Shown: positions 1 to 12,830 of the stretch, in pieces
How positions within the stretch are numbered: the first letter of the stretch is position 1
Layout: the number at the start of each line of letters is the position of its first letter
Assembly (NCBI GenBank): GCA_016748015.1
Contig: JAAOMT010000450.1
Coordinates: 1-46,399, forward strand
Origin: Geosiphon pyriformis uo1
Taxonomy: Eukaryota; Fungi; Glomeromycota
Direction: 5' to 3'
DNA: 46,399 nt
Made by a program: the position numbers and the translations under genes
The notes under the pieces: generated by a model
What the model was told of the DNA's origin: nothing
Database searches by the model: none
The model's input: only the letters and a program-made list of their open reading frames with translations

Positions 1-2679
1 CTAAATATCTATGAAATTTGAAGCCAAGGATATGATAATCGAAAAACAATATGATTTCGAAAGAGAAGGAATAAAGAATATTGATATTGAAATATTTATA
101 TATAACCCATACAACACGGTAGAAAATGGAATAAAAAATTTAGAAAATCCAAAAAAGATTTCTTATTACTGTAGCTTAAATATTTAAATGCATGAACATA
201 GCATGCATAGAATTGCAAACTTCAAAATATATGGATGATGTGATTATCGAAAAGTATTATATTATTAAAATTTATTTCTAAATTTAGTAAAAGAAAAAAG
301 AAGAGTTTTTATGATTATTTGTGATATTTTTTACACATGGACATCATTTTCAATTCTAAAAATCTAAGTAATAATAAGTAAGAAATTAAAGATTTTCAAA
401 AATAACTATTATTATAATTTCCAACTAATTGATATTAATTAGAAAAATTGTTTGTTACCATTTTTGCAATTTTATTTATTTTAACCGCGATTTCAACTTT
501 CCACATTTTTTTATTTTTTGATATTATAACTGATAACAAAGTAATTTTTTTTGATTACAAATTTCACTTTAATATTAAAGTTTTAATGTCTCAACATTAT
601 ATCAACATTTTTTTCTCTTTATTATATTATACGAATACTGGACTTTTTTAAAATTAAAACCTGACTGAAATTATAAAGAAATAATAAGTTAAAACAAACA
701 TTTTACTCCAAATGTATTATTATTATTATTATTATCAAGAAAGCTTAACAGACTCTCAATTATGATATAATAATTTTATATTTGTTTTTATATATTTAAT
801 TGTATTTATCTCAATTTTCAAAATGAAAACAATCTGAAATTTCTTTTAAACCTGGTGAAGATTTAAATTCATGTTCCTTGCTTAAAATTGAAGTAAGTTG
901 AAATAATTTAATGATTAAAATACTTTTGCTTGTATGAAATTTTCTTTTATTGTAAGTATTAATTTGTTGAATCTCTGGTGCTAAATCATACAAATTATGG
1001 TTAAAACCATTCACATAGAGTTTTAATTTTTTTTAAAAATTCACTTCCTTCAATTGTTTTTAAAAATAATTATCAAATTAATAAGTTAATGTTTCTTAAT
1101 ATCCAAACATTATAGCAGTCTGTTTGTAATAATTATGCATTACATGCTGTATATTTTTACAAAAAACAGTAAAAATGTTACAACTTTTTCTACTTGATAA
1201 ATAAAAAAAGTCAAGCTGTTAAAAATTTTAAGGACTTATATTACATATAATACAAATTTTATATAAACTGAATCACAGTATGATTCTTATGTGTATTCTT
1301 ATTATTCTCTGTATTAATTTATCTTAATATTTTCTACTTTAATTTTAATGTTAAATTGGCTTAATATATTATAACTTTATTAGAAAACTGCAAAAAGCTA
1401 AATTAAAAAGCTTAAAGGTTTTTTATATTCATATAAAAAAATATACTGTATTATAAATAAAGCTTAATATAATTATTAATAAGTTCTTGATAATTATAAC
1501 TAAATATTTTTACTGTTAAATTTATTTTTTTTATTGTTTAAGGAGAAATTCTAAACTTTAAATCTTTTAAGTAATTTATTAAGGTGCTATAAATAGAAAA
1601 GTCTTGTTTTTTATTTAAAAAATATATTTTATTAATTTTTATTGAATTACGTTTAATTTTATATATTTAAAACAGTTAATAATCAACTAATCCAAACTTT
1701 TTTGTCTTGAAAAAAAAATTATCTTCAAATATAAGAAAATAAAAACATAATCTTTGTAATTATATTAATTACAAATAAAAAATAATACTTAAAAAACAAA
1801 ATATTCTAAAATTATACTTGGATTAAATAAAAAAAAGTTAAAAAATATTATACTTTTAATTTTATGTAAATTATTAACTTGTTTTTTTTTCAAAAGTGCT
1901 TTGCATAAAGGAATATTTTTGTTAATTGTTTATTAATTTAATTTTATTTTTTGTTTATTTTAAAATTTATTTTAGATTTTAATATTTACATCTATAAGTA
2001 TTCAAACAGCCGAAATTAATTATATTAAAAAAGTTATCTTTAAAGATAAAAAACAAAAGAATAGTATTTAAAATTATATACTATAAACAAAACATACCAA
2101 ATATAATTTTTATTAAATTAATACAGTTTTTATCAGGATTATTTCTTTTTAAAAAAGAATTAATATAAACAAAACATACTATAAAAGCAAGTGGTAATAA
2201 TTAATTTTAAATAACTTTTTTTATTAAAGTTTTATTTTGCTTTTTTTCTGTTTATTTTTTTAAAATAATTTATTAAAAATTTATAATAATGAAATAAAAT
2301 AAAATAAATATGTTAAAAAAACATGTTTAAATATAGTAATTTGCCACAGAAAAAAGTTTTGATTGTCCAATTCTAAATTAAAAGTAAAATATAAAAAAGA
2401 GAATTTAATTATAGATAATAAATTTAGAATAGTTAATATATAGGGTTTGTTTTTTGTATATTTTAGGATAACTATATAAAAAAGCAGTTTTGTTAAAAGT
2501 GTTTTGATAAATTTTATCATTAATATTTTTTGTTATTGTTATCAGCTGAAATTTAAGCCATAATTACTGTTAATAATAATAAAAATTTAAGCCAGACTTA
2601 TAGTTATTACAAACCAGACTATTAAACCAAAATTACAATTATCACTAATCAGCACGTTAGAGAAGGCAAATTATATAAT

Positions 2680-4878
2680 AGGTGGTATGGATATAATATT
2701 CGTATTGAAAAAACTTAAACGAGTCCCAGAAGATGATAAAACAGAAATAGAAGAATTCATAAAAGAGGTCTGAATGAAATTTTTTTACATGATTAGTAAA
2801 GTAAGAATTGCTATATTATTTATGCTAAAAAATTTCTAAAAACTTTTAGCTGAGATTCCTGCAAGATATTAATTTTTTCCCTAAATTCAAAAATTTTATG
2901 GTCTTAACAAAATTATAGAAGGTATTTATTCTCAAGGCTCTGATAAAATTTATTTTACAAATCCTAATCTTACTTTATGAAAATGCTTTAGATAATAATA
3001 CAAAACATATTTTAGTTTTTGAATACGGCTAATGGAGGTTCTTTGCGTGATTATCTAGCATTAGAGTTTCAAAATATGAATGGAAAAGAAAAGCTTCGGA
3101 TGGCACAGGAATTAGCAAGGGGATTCAATGTCTTCATAAACAAACCAAATGATTCATCGAAATCTTGTAGGTTTTACACTTTGAGATTTCAAAAGCTATT
3201 AAAAGATTAGACTCTACCACTAAATTGTTTATTTTTAGAATTCATCAAATATTTTAGTGCATAACAAAACGGCAAAATATCCGATATTGGTCTTCCGAAA
3301 AATCTAAGTGAAATGGCTAGGCTTAGCCAATGAGCTTAAAGGCCAACCTGCTTGCATAGACCCTCAATGTTTTAAAGATGAACAATTCATTCGAAATAAG
3401 AAATCAGACATCTATGCTCTGGGCGTCCTCCTATGGGAATTAACAAGTGGTCGCTCACCATTCAAAAATACTAAAAAGTGGACACTTATGTGTAAGGAAA
3501 TTTTAATTTAGCACATTTCTTTAAAAGTTCTACTTATATGTAAAAACTTCCAAATATTATTAGTTCAAATTGCTTATGGTATACGAGAAACTCCTATCGA
3601 AAAGACACTAACTGAATATATTGCATTGTATAAAAGGTGTTGGATTGAATTACTCGATAAACGGCCTAGCATTAACGAAGTGAACGAAAAACTCAAGGGA
3701 ATTCAATGGAATTTAATGGAATTTGGAACATGCTTTGAGTTTTCAAACGGGCTACATTGAATTAACACCGCAGTTAACAAGTGAAACCACCTTAGTAAGC
3801 TCTATGGGTTTGGCTAATACAAGCATCATGGCTCTTTTACAAGATATTTTCACTATAATCAACGAAGGTTTAAACATCTATACATATGAAGATATCTCAA
3901 AAATAATTCCTCGGGTAGAAAAACACCTTACAAATACTGGGCAAAGTTCCACAGATCTTTTCGAATCTATAAAAGTAACTCAAATCTCATCTAATTCAGT
4001 TTTTGTGCTTGGTTTTTTTTACCAATTTGGAATTGAGATTAATATCAACTTGGGAGCAGGCGTTTTTAAAATATCAGAAAAGCGCTTCTCAAAAAAACCC
4101 CTTGGGATAATTTTTCCTCGGAAAATGTTATATGGAGGGTACCGGCACTGAAAGAAATAATGAAAAAGCAGTTGAATGGTATACCAAATCAGCGGAAAAT
4201 GGACATTCAAATGCACAATATAATCTTGGGGTTTGCTATGAAAATGGGAAAGAAGTAACCAAAGATCTTGCAAAAGCAGTTGAATGGTATACTAAAGCTG
4301 CGTAAAATGGACATTTAGATGTGCAAAATATTCTTGGAGTTTGCTGTGAAAATGGGAAAGGAGTAACCAAAGATCTTGCAAAAGCAGTTGAATGGTATAC
4401 TAAAGCTGCGTAAAATGGACATTTAGATGTGCAAAATATTCTTGGAGTTTGCTGTGAAAATGGGAAAGGAGTAACCAAAGATCTTGCAAAAGCAGTTGAA
4501 TGGTATACTAAAGCTGCGTAAAATGGACATTTAGATGTGCAAAATATTCTTGGAGTTTGCTGTGAAAATGGGAAAGGAGTAACCAAAGATCTTGCAAAAG
4601 CAGTTGAATGGTATACTAAAGCTGCGTAAAATGGACATTTAGATGTGCAAAATATTCTTGGAGTTTGCTGTGAAAATGGGAAAGATTTTGCAAGAGCAGT
4701 TAAATGTTATAAAAAAACAGCGGAAAAAGAACATTTAAGGGCAGATTTTAGCCTTGCTTCTTGTTATGAAAATGGGAAAGGAGTAACCAAAGATCTTTCA
4801 AAGGCAGATGAATGTCGTACAAAAGCTTGGCAACTAAATACAAAAGTAACGAACGATTTGATGTTTAAACTTTTATAA
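2680..4878 (+). pseudogene. Tyrosine-kinase-like (TKL) protein kinase with C-terminal Sel1-like repeats, pseudogene
   Basis: Hand-translated exons separated by GT..AG introns give FVLKKLK..EEFIKE (subdomains II/III), LVFEY-ANGGSLRDYL (V), MIHRNL/NSSNILV (VIb, D>N), SDIGL (DFG-like), IDPQCF..KSDIYALGVLLWELTSGRSPF (VIII-IX) and GIRETP..YKRCW..KRPS (X-XI), followed by Sel1 repeats (AQYNLGVCYENGK..KAVEWY). Multiple frameshifts and stops. The 5' end is not identifiable. Confidence 0.9.
4255..4684 (+). repeat. Four identical 108-bp tandem repeats encoding Sel1-like units, each with an in-frame TAA
   Basis: Unit VTKDLAKAVEWYTKAA*NGHLDVQNILGVCCENGKG; TAA at 4303, 4411, 4519 and 4627, exactly 108 apart. 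Confidence 0.95.
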
Positions 4879-6509
4879 ACTCTTAATTTCTTAGCAATAA
4901 AACAGAACTAGAACTATTAATCTTCACTATGGAATTATAATCTTGCGATATACTAGTTTGAAAATTGGTCGAAAAATAATATTCAGATAATCTTTGCATC
5001 ACAATCAGCTTTAAAGTTATTGAAAAAAGTCTCAATGGAGAACTTTTCTGAGACTTGCTACAACTTTGATTTATTGAATTTTTTTTAAACGACTTTGGTT
5101 TGCAAGAACTGTCATTGTTGTTATCAATTTTTAAAAGTATATTTTACATATTAAATTATTTGCCTAGCATAATATATTAATCTAAACGAGAAAAAAGAAT
5201 ATTTTCTTTAATTTTATTTATTTTGTTAAAACAATAATTTGGAACATAAGAAAATATAAATAATTTATTAAATTTCAGTTATCTTTTAAATTTATGACCA
5301 AGCTCTTTCACTCAATGACAAACAGGTTTACTTTTTCTAAACGGCTATCAACAATTATAGACATAATATGGGTATTTAATTTAATAGGTAATAAATAAAA
5401 ATGCTATAATAGCAAGCTAGAAAAATAATTTCAGCAACAGTATTACTAAATTCTGCCTATTTACCTTGCAAATTTTTAGATTATTATCATCATCATTATT
5501 ATTATTATTTCGATTAAAATTAAATTGGCATGTGGGATATGGAAAAATCATTATGAAATTTAAGCATAAAAAATTCTGATAATCTATATAGTTATTTTAG
5601 AAATCTCAAAATTTAAAGGGCATAAAGAAACCTGTAATGAAATAATGACATTAAAAAAATAGTCTAAAACTCTGTAATTTATAGAATTAAATAAATATTC
5701 TCAATACAAAACCGTTCTAATTGGAAGTTTTTTGGTAACTCCAAAGAATAAAGTATTGAAAATTTCTCATGTTTTTATCAAGCTTAAAAGAAAGCTTGAT
5801 AATATTTACATCAAATTGCCAAAGGTCTCGGAATCAGTCAAAATAAAAGCAAAAAGTTGAGAGAAAAAGCATCCTTAAATGCTCTTCTAAATATTTGAAA
5901 ACAACGCGTATTTTCTTTGAATATTTAAAAAATAGATGCCTAACATTAATTTTTGTATAGCATGAAAAATTTGTTTTATAGTCAAAAATAGACTGAAATA
6001 TAATCAAAAGGTAAGGAATAAGCAAAAAAATAAAAGTTTCCATTTGTGAAAAACAGAAATGAATTATTTCCAATAGTAGAACTACCGAGAAAAAAAATTT
6101 ACTTTTCGCGCAGCCAAATATATCCTTCGTGAAAAGTCTAATGTTAAGAAAACGATTTAATGATAAATCTGAAATAAATTCAAAAAAAATTCAAATTAAA
6201 GTTAAGCTTAAATCAATTTTTATATATTCCTAAAGAACCTATAATAGCTGCTCTCAGCTTTTGATGTACAAAAACCGAAAAAAAAATTTTTTTTTCTTAA
6301 TAAATTTATATTTTTATTAAACTAACTATTTTTGTTTTTGCTTTCAGAATTTTAAATTAAAATTACTTTTTTGTCATATATTAATTTATTGGAAAAATAA
6401 GATTATTAGCATTTGCAAAAAAATATCCATTCTCAATCGAAAATAAGTGTGCTATTTTGTGGTGATTACTTACCTGTGGTTTTTTCTTTCTGCATCCATT
6501 TATATCTGT

Positions 6510-7139
6510 CTCCTTTCCATTGAGAGAGATTTCGGGTGTGCTTATGGCACAAATTATCAAATAATTTAGACCCAAGTTCTCTTTCCTATTTAACATAGCT
6601 AATCATAATACGTATCTTTTTGCAGCTACTAGAAAGAAGAGGTCTTTTGATACGGGTTTTATATCCTCAATATATGAAAATTTAAAACAATTTTCTAATC
6701 AAGTCAAGTTTGTGTTGCTTTTTACATTACATGTTGTCTCAATTTCTCAATTGATATTTGAGTTTATTAAAAATGGCTTTAACTAAAAATTGTAATCATT
6801 AATAATTTTACTTTNNNNNNNNNNNNNNNNNNNNCTCCTTTCCATTGAGAGAGATTTCGGGTGTGCTTATGGCACAAATTATCAAATAATTTAGACCCAA
6901 GTTCTCTTTCCTATTTAACATAGCTAATCATAATACGTATCTTTTTGCAGCTACTAGAAAGAAGAGGTCTTTTGATACGGGTTTTATATCCTCAATATAT
7001 GAAAATTTAAAACAATTTTCTAATCAAGTCAAGTTTGTGTTGCTTTTTACATTACATGTTGTCTCAATTTCTCAATTGATATTTGAGTTTATTAAAAATG
7101 GCTTTAACTAAAAATTGTAATCATTAATAATTTTACTTT
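6510..7139. repeat. About 305-bp exact duplication across an N gap (6510-6814 = 6835-7139); probable scaffolding artefact
   Basis: Identical sequence directly abutting both sides of the 20-N gap. Confidence 0.85.
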
Positions 7140-8746
7140 GTAAACTAGAAGCATCTTAAAAATTTCATTTTCAAAATAATTATTGTAAAACAGTAATAAA
7201 ATATTTGTAGTTGCAACTGAATTATGCATTTTAAATTTCTGATTATACTTTGATAAAAAATTGAAACGTATATTTAGTGTTTTGGTATTTTGTTCCAAGT
7301 ATAATAGCTAATAAAAAATATATTTCTTCATGAATAAAATATTTAAATTCAATAAATATATATGCAGCCCTTCATAATTTATTAAGTATAATTAAAAATA
7401 TTTATTTTTAGAAATTTTAAATACTTATTTTATTTTTTTATAATTAAAATTATCTATAATAAAAATTTTTATCATGACAAAAATTAATAAACCCAAAATT
7501 TTATAAAATATGCATAAAGTTTGCAGAGGCAAAATTTATTAATTCATATAATTGTATTGATTATTTGATATTCCAATATATAAATTCCATTGTAAAGAAA
7601 TTGCTTTATAGTTCATAACTTTTATACTTAAAAATCTTGTTTAAAAAAGATATAAAAATAAAACTATTTATAATAGCTAATGATTATATTTTTAACATCA
7701 ATAAAAAATCATTCTTTGCTCAAATTTTTATCTGTTTTATTTAGATAAATAAAAGTGTTTTATAAAATTGCAAGTTAGAATATCTCTTAAAAAAACAAAA
7801 AGAATGATTAAAACAGAATTTGCAAGAAATGAATTATTTTTTATAATAACCAATATAGAATTCAGAATGTTATATTATTACTTATAAAAAACCAAAACAA
7901 AATTAAATTAATTATTTAAACAAAACTACTTGGCTATTTAGTTCGAATATTTCATTAATGCTAGATTAAAAATTGAATAAGAAAAGCCACATAAAATTGT
8001 TGTAAGATTTGATCTTCAATTTCAGAACAACAACTTTTTTGTTTTATCATTAAAATTATTAAATATGAATTAATTTTCAATACTTAATTTCTATATAACC
8101 ATATATTATATGGTATTTTTTTTAATAAATAGTTTTATTTAGCAAATTTTAGAAGAATTAATATATTATTCAATTGAAATTTGTTATTAATACAATAATA
8201 TTATTTTATAAAGAAAAGTAAAAATTTCAAGATATTTATTTTTTAAACATAATTATTATTTTAAGTTTTAAAATGAATTAAATATTTAATAACTTTTATT
8301 TATATAAGATAATAGTTTTGCAATTTTTTTGTCAATTGTCAATACTTTTCAAATTCTTTGTTATTTGTTGCCCATTGCCAAATTCCTATTTTTTTTTAGT
8401 ATCTAATGTTAAAACTAGACTGAAAATATAATCTTGACTGAGATATAATAATGATGAACACTAAACTTGTTTTGAAATCTTTTGAATGTTTAGAGGCTGT
8501 GTTTTAAGTAAACAGTCATGTTTCCAGATCCCGTGTTACAACAGGGAGTATGCATATTGGCTATGCCCAGTGGTTTTTCATTTTTTTTACATTATTCAGT
8601 CTAGTATATTAATTTTTTTTTCGGATATGAGATATGGATGTCATGTTCTTAATAACTAATCCATCTGTAACTATTTATATTGTTTTTTTAGACAAAAAAA
8701 AGAGTTAAATTAAATGTTATAATAAATCTTATGGTTTTAAGGGGGA

Positions 8747-8970
8747 TGTGAATTTGATTTTCATACTGATTGTATTTAGCTATTTTAGGATAACAGAGTC
8801 AAAAAAAATAAGTCATAAAGATCTGCTTTAATATTACATTAGTCATGAGGATCCACATAATAAAATAAAAAATTTCCAGAAAGTACCAAGGTTTCAAAAA
8901 GTGACGCTTTGTTTTTAATCACTACATATTAGTTAACCTCACCCTTGTATTCTTGTATTCTTGTTTCACA
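8747..8970 (+). mobile_element. Possible short LTR remnant
   Basis: Starts TGTGAA and ends TTCACA (terminal inverted repeat), directly preceded by the purine tract AAGGGGGA (PPT-like). No partner LTR or TSD found. Confidence 0.3.
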
Positions 8971-9442
8971 TGAAAAACAAACGTGTAATTTTTAATCTTA
9001 AAATCAACAACTTAAAGGCAGTAACATATATAAAAAGGTGTTCTCTGCCTTTAAGCAAAATTTTATTCTATATGGAATTACTCTTATCTTTATCAGTGAC
9101 AAATTACCAGTGTCTACCAACTTACGAACCTAACAGTTATAACCAGTACGATTAACAACTCACCACTCATGACTCATGAATCCAAAGAACACTAAAAAAA
9201 TTTAAAAGATTCATTATCGTCCCCAGTTGTACCAATAACCACAGCAGGTATCGAAGGTTAAAAGCCTCTAGTTGATGAAACAATCCAGGTAAAGGTGTTA
9301 ACATATCTCTTCTAGCTCTAAGTATTGGGTGAGGGAGGGGGGCATCCTTTACTAGAAAAAACCCCAATTTTAACCAAAGAAACTCAACCAAGCACGGGGT
9401 TTCCAACTCCTTTATATCACCAAATGTGGTGTTCTCTAACCA

Positions 9443-9710
9443 CTGTGCATGCACCCATTCTGCCGAATGTCTGTTTTCACTTATAGTCTATAACATGAAT
9501 TGTTATACCTCTGTGCATGTACCTATTCTGCTGAATGTCTGCTTCTACTAATGGTTAATAACATGAATTGTTATATCTTTGTACATGTATCTATTCTGCC
9601 GAATGTCTGCTTCCACTTATGGTCAATGACATAAATTGTTATTTAACCTCTGTGCTTGCCGCATTCCAGCTAAATATCTGTTTCCACTTATGATTATTGA
9701 TGTGCATTAT
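9443..9710. repeat. Minisatellite, about 4 diverged copies of a 68-71 bp unit
   Basis: Units start at 9443, 9511, 9579 and 9650 (ctgtgcatgcacccattctgccgaatgtctg..cacttat..aacatgaattgttata). Confidence 0.9.
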
Positions 9711-9832
9711 GGGTTAAACTATTCCTATCTACGATCTAGTGAAACCACAGCCAACAGAACAGACTTGGCAAAATCAGCAGAAAAAGAATACCCTATTGAG
9801 CTTGACTCTAATTTGATACCAACAATTGACGG

Positions 9833-10200
9833 ATAACCACTGACCACCAATAATTTCCAAATTCAAAATTTGAATAACCACCACCCACCAATAATTCACA
9901 ACTCAACATTTGAATAACTATTACCCACCAAAAATGCCCGAATTCAATATTCGAATAACTATCACCCACCAATAATTTGCGATTCAAAATTTTAATATAA
10001 CCACTCAACAATATTTCGCAACTCAACATTCGAATAACCACTGGCCATCAAAAATGCGCGAATTCAACATTCAAATATAATCACTACCTACCAATAATTC
10101 AACTCAACATTTGAATAACCATCACCCACCAATAATTTGCATCTCAACATTCAAATTACCATGCTCACCAGTAATTCGCAATTCCACATTCAAATAACCA
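9833..10200. repeat. Minisatellite, about 9 diverged copies of a roughly 41-bp unit
   Basis: Recurrent ataaccaycacccaccaataattygcaactcaacattyga with no unique spacers. Confidence 0.85.
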
Positions 10201-10309
10201 ATGAATATGAAATAGAAATTCATGAACAATTGATCATTAAATAACTGAATTAAATTTTAGGATTAGGTGGTGAGGAATTAATAATTGTTAGTCTGTTATT
10301 TATGCCTTG

Positions 10310-10422
10310 CAAGAATAAAGAGTGGGAGAAGGGTAGTTTAAGATTTCTTACAAGAGTGAAAAGCGGGAGGGGGTAGTTTTAGTTTAAGATTTTTTACAAG
10401 AGTGAAGAGCAGGAGGAGGTAG
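10310..10422. repeat. About 2.5 copies of a roughly 40-bp purine-rich unit
   Basis: caagagtgaa(a/g)agc(g/a)ggagg(g/a)ggtag..tttaagattt(c/t)tta repeated. Confidence 0.7.
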
Positions 10423-10802
10423 CCACATTTGTCAATTATCTTTTCTATATCCATCTAGTCTATAAAAAAATTGTTCACCCATTGCCAATTTTGATAAACT
10501 CTTCTTATTTACTGTTTATTGTTTAAGCCTATTGAAATTTAATTCAGAAATTTGAAATGATCAATATAAAATATTTAAGAAACCTAATGTATAATAAACT
10601 ATTGTAATTAATATAAGTATTTTTAAATGATAATAGTTCGGTAATAACTTTAAGAATTGCTAATATTGGCTTAAGTCCAAGCAATAATAACTTTATTTTT
10701 AAACCACTGATTAAATATCCTTGAAACCTTTTTTACACAAGTTTGGATTTAAATATTAAAATTTAGACAATATTGAGCATACTTAATATACTTTTTCACC
10801 GT

Positions 10803-11075
10803 GTAAAACGAAAACCCTCTGCCCTATTAATTTGACCAACTACGAATGAAAAATTTAGCGTTTTCGAAAAAAAACGATGAGTAAATTTACTTGCTAAAAA
10901 TCATGTTCAGTCTGGTCATTCAATACATTCTTATCGTAAATATGTGAAAATCTTGATTTATTACTTGGGAGTTATCGATGCTCAAGTGACTTTGATATAT
11001 CTTAGGATATTATTGTCAAAACCGATCACACACAATAATTATTGGGTCAAATAGACGAGAGTTTTATTGTTATAT
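10803..11075. mobile_element. Degenerate MITE-like element with imperfect terminal inverted repeats (Tc1/mariner-pogo-like)
   Basis: Left end aaaaccctctgccctattaatttgaccaa versus reverse complement of right end aaaactctcgtctatttgacccaa; about 270 bp, non-coding. Confidence 0.35.
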
Positions 11076-12075
11076 AAAATCTAATATCTAAATCTTTTAA
11101 ATTAAGTTTCGTTTCAATTAATTATGGATTTTTATTTATTTATGCAAAAGTGATTTTTTTANNNNNNNNNNNNNNNNNNNNNNNNNNNNNNNNNNNNNNN
11201 NNNNNNNNNNNNNNNNNNNNNNNNNNNNNNNNNNNNNNNNNNNNNNNNNNNNNNNNNNNNNNNNNNNNNNNNNNNNNNNNNNNNNNNNNNNNNNNNNNNN
11301 NNNNNNNNNNNNNNNNNNNNNNNNNNNNNNNNNNNNNNNNNNNNNNNNNNNNNNNNNNNNNNNNNNNNNNNNNNNNNNNNNNNNNNNNNNNNNNNNNNNN
11401 NNNNNNNNNNNNNNNNNNNNNNNNNNNNNNNNNNNNNNNNNNNNNNNNNNNNNNNNNNNNNNNNNNNNNNNNNNNNNNNNNNNNNNNNNNNNNNNNNNNN
11501 NNNNNNNNNNNNNNNNNNNNNNNNNNNNNNNNNNNNNNNNNNNNNNNNNNNNNNNNNNNNNNNNNNNNNNNNNNNNNNNNNNNNNNNNNNNNNNNNNNNN
11601 NNNNNNNNNNNNNNNNNNNNNNNNNNNNNNNNNNNNNNNNNNNNNNNNNNNNNNNNNNNNNNNNNNNNNNNNNNNNNNNNNNNNNNNNNNNNNNNNNNNN
11701 NNNNNNNNNNNNNNNNNNNNNNNNNNNNNNNNNNNNNNNNNNNNNNNNNNNNNNNNNNNNNNNNNNNNNNNNNNNNNNNNNNNNNNNNNNNNNNNNNNNN
11801 NNNNNNNNNNNNNNNNNNNNNNNNNNNNNNNNNNNNNNNNNNNNNNNNNNNNNNNNNNNNNNNNNNNNNNNNNNNNNNNNNNNNNNNNNNNNNNNNNNNN
11901 NNNNNNNNNNNNNNNNNNNNNNNNNNNNNNNNNNNNNNNNNNNNNNNNNNNNNNNNNNNNNNNNNNNNNNNNNNNNNNNNNNNNNNNNNNNNNNNNNNNN
12001 NNNNNNNNNNNNNNNNNNNNNNNNNNNNNNNNNNNNNNNNNNNNNNNNNNNNNNNNNNNNNNNNNNNNNNNNNNN

Positions 12076-12830
12076 TTGCGCGTATGTATAAACCTCGATA
12101 TCTAGCCTCCATTGTTTGCCCCATATAAATCGAGATTGAAAATATAATTCAGCAAAAACTGCATAGACTTTATAAAAAATTCTAATGAGTTTTTTCAGAA
12201 AACTCAAACGTTCCATCATGCAAAATGTTAATGTCAATTCCATTATCCCCACCAAAACTCCATGCCTAGTAAATACAAGCCTCTTATATTTTCAATGTTT
12301 GAGAACCTCATCAATCCTTTTTTCCAATTCCGAACGTCCAGCAGAGAACTCTCGGTAAAATTCTTCATCAACCATTGAACCTTTAATCTTTTCGTTATAT
12401 GAAATTTGTGATCTTTCATTTTGAGCAACTCAATTGTTAAAAATCTTCCTTTAAAGGAAACTTGAAATTCTTTGTCTAGCCTAACTTTTTCGATTTTCAC
12501 TGATATTCAAAAATTGTTTCAATTTAAGTTTGATTAGGATGCTTTAGAAACTTACCATATATGTTTGGGGTTAATTTGTAATTTTCTTCAAAGCAAGAAG
12601 CTCTTTGTGAAACATAAGCATATAATTCAAATTTGTATTACGAGAATCAGTTTTGGGTAACCGTATTTTGTCATGAATGAACAATATTTGTTGATGATGA
12701 TAAGGAATATCAATGCTCATTGTCTTAAATTTAAAAATCCCTAAAAAATTAATAAACATCCAGACCCATTTTGGAATAAAAATTTTTTCTTTCTAACCAC
12801 TCTTCAAATGTTCTCTGCTCCCACCTTTAG
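12076..12830 (-). pseudogene. Class-3 lipase-like (alpha/beta hydrolase) pseudogene, 3' part lost in the N gap
   Basis: Across frames: ELYAYVSQRASC, intron (GTAAG near 12554, AG near 12501), EFQVSFKG, GSMVDEEFYREF, RLVFTRHGV(fs)GG (nucleophile-elbow position), YAVFAELYF, IEVYTYAQ (cf. YTYGQPR). Frameshifted. Confidence 0.65.

Noticed and set aside
11-187. 58-codon ORF at the window start
   Set aside because: Short, with no motif or context.
4302-4318. GTAAAATGGACATTTAG as a micro-intron removing the repeated TAA
   Set aside because: Only 17 nt, not a multiple of 3, and it would delete conserved Sel1 residues. Stop recoding is also unsupported because the gene has other lesions.
4236-4586. 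Repetitive minus-strand ORF (116 aa)
   Set aside because: Antisense shadow of the 108-bp Sel1 repeats.
5700-6700. Possible decayed minus-strand exons (hydrophobic peptides, GTAAGT donor near 6470)
   Set aside because: No recognisable family and many stops.
6510-7139. Tandem duplications at gaps (also 36060-36856 and about 29892-29980)
   Set aside because: Exact copies directly abutting N runs are typical unmerged contig overlaps.
8534-9026. TGTTAC...GTAACA as a solo LTR of the dUTPase element
   Set aside because: No TSD (cccg versus tata) and no internal similarity to the LTRs.
9833-10200. Roughly 41-bp repeats as a CRISPR array
   Set aside because: Head-to-tail diverged units with no unique spacers, no cas genes, and a eukaryotic context.
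11140-12255. Long ORFs of 313-371 aa in the track
   Set aside because: They consist almost entirely of N-gap codons; the same applies to 36343-36585.
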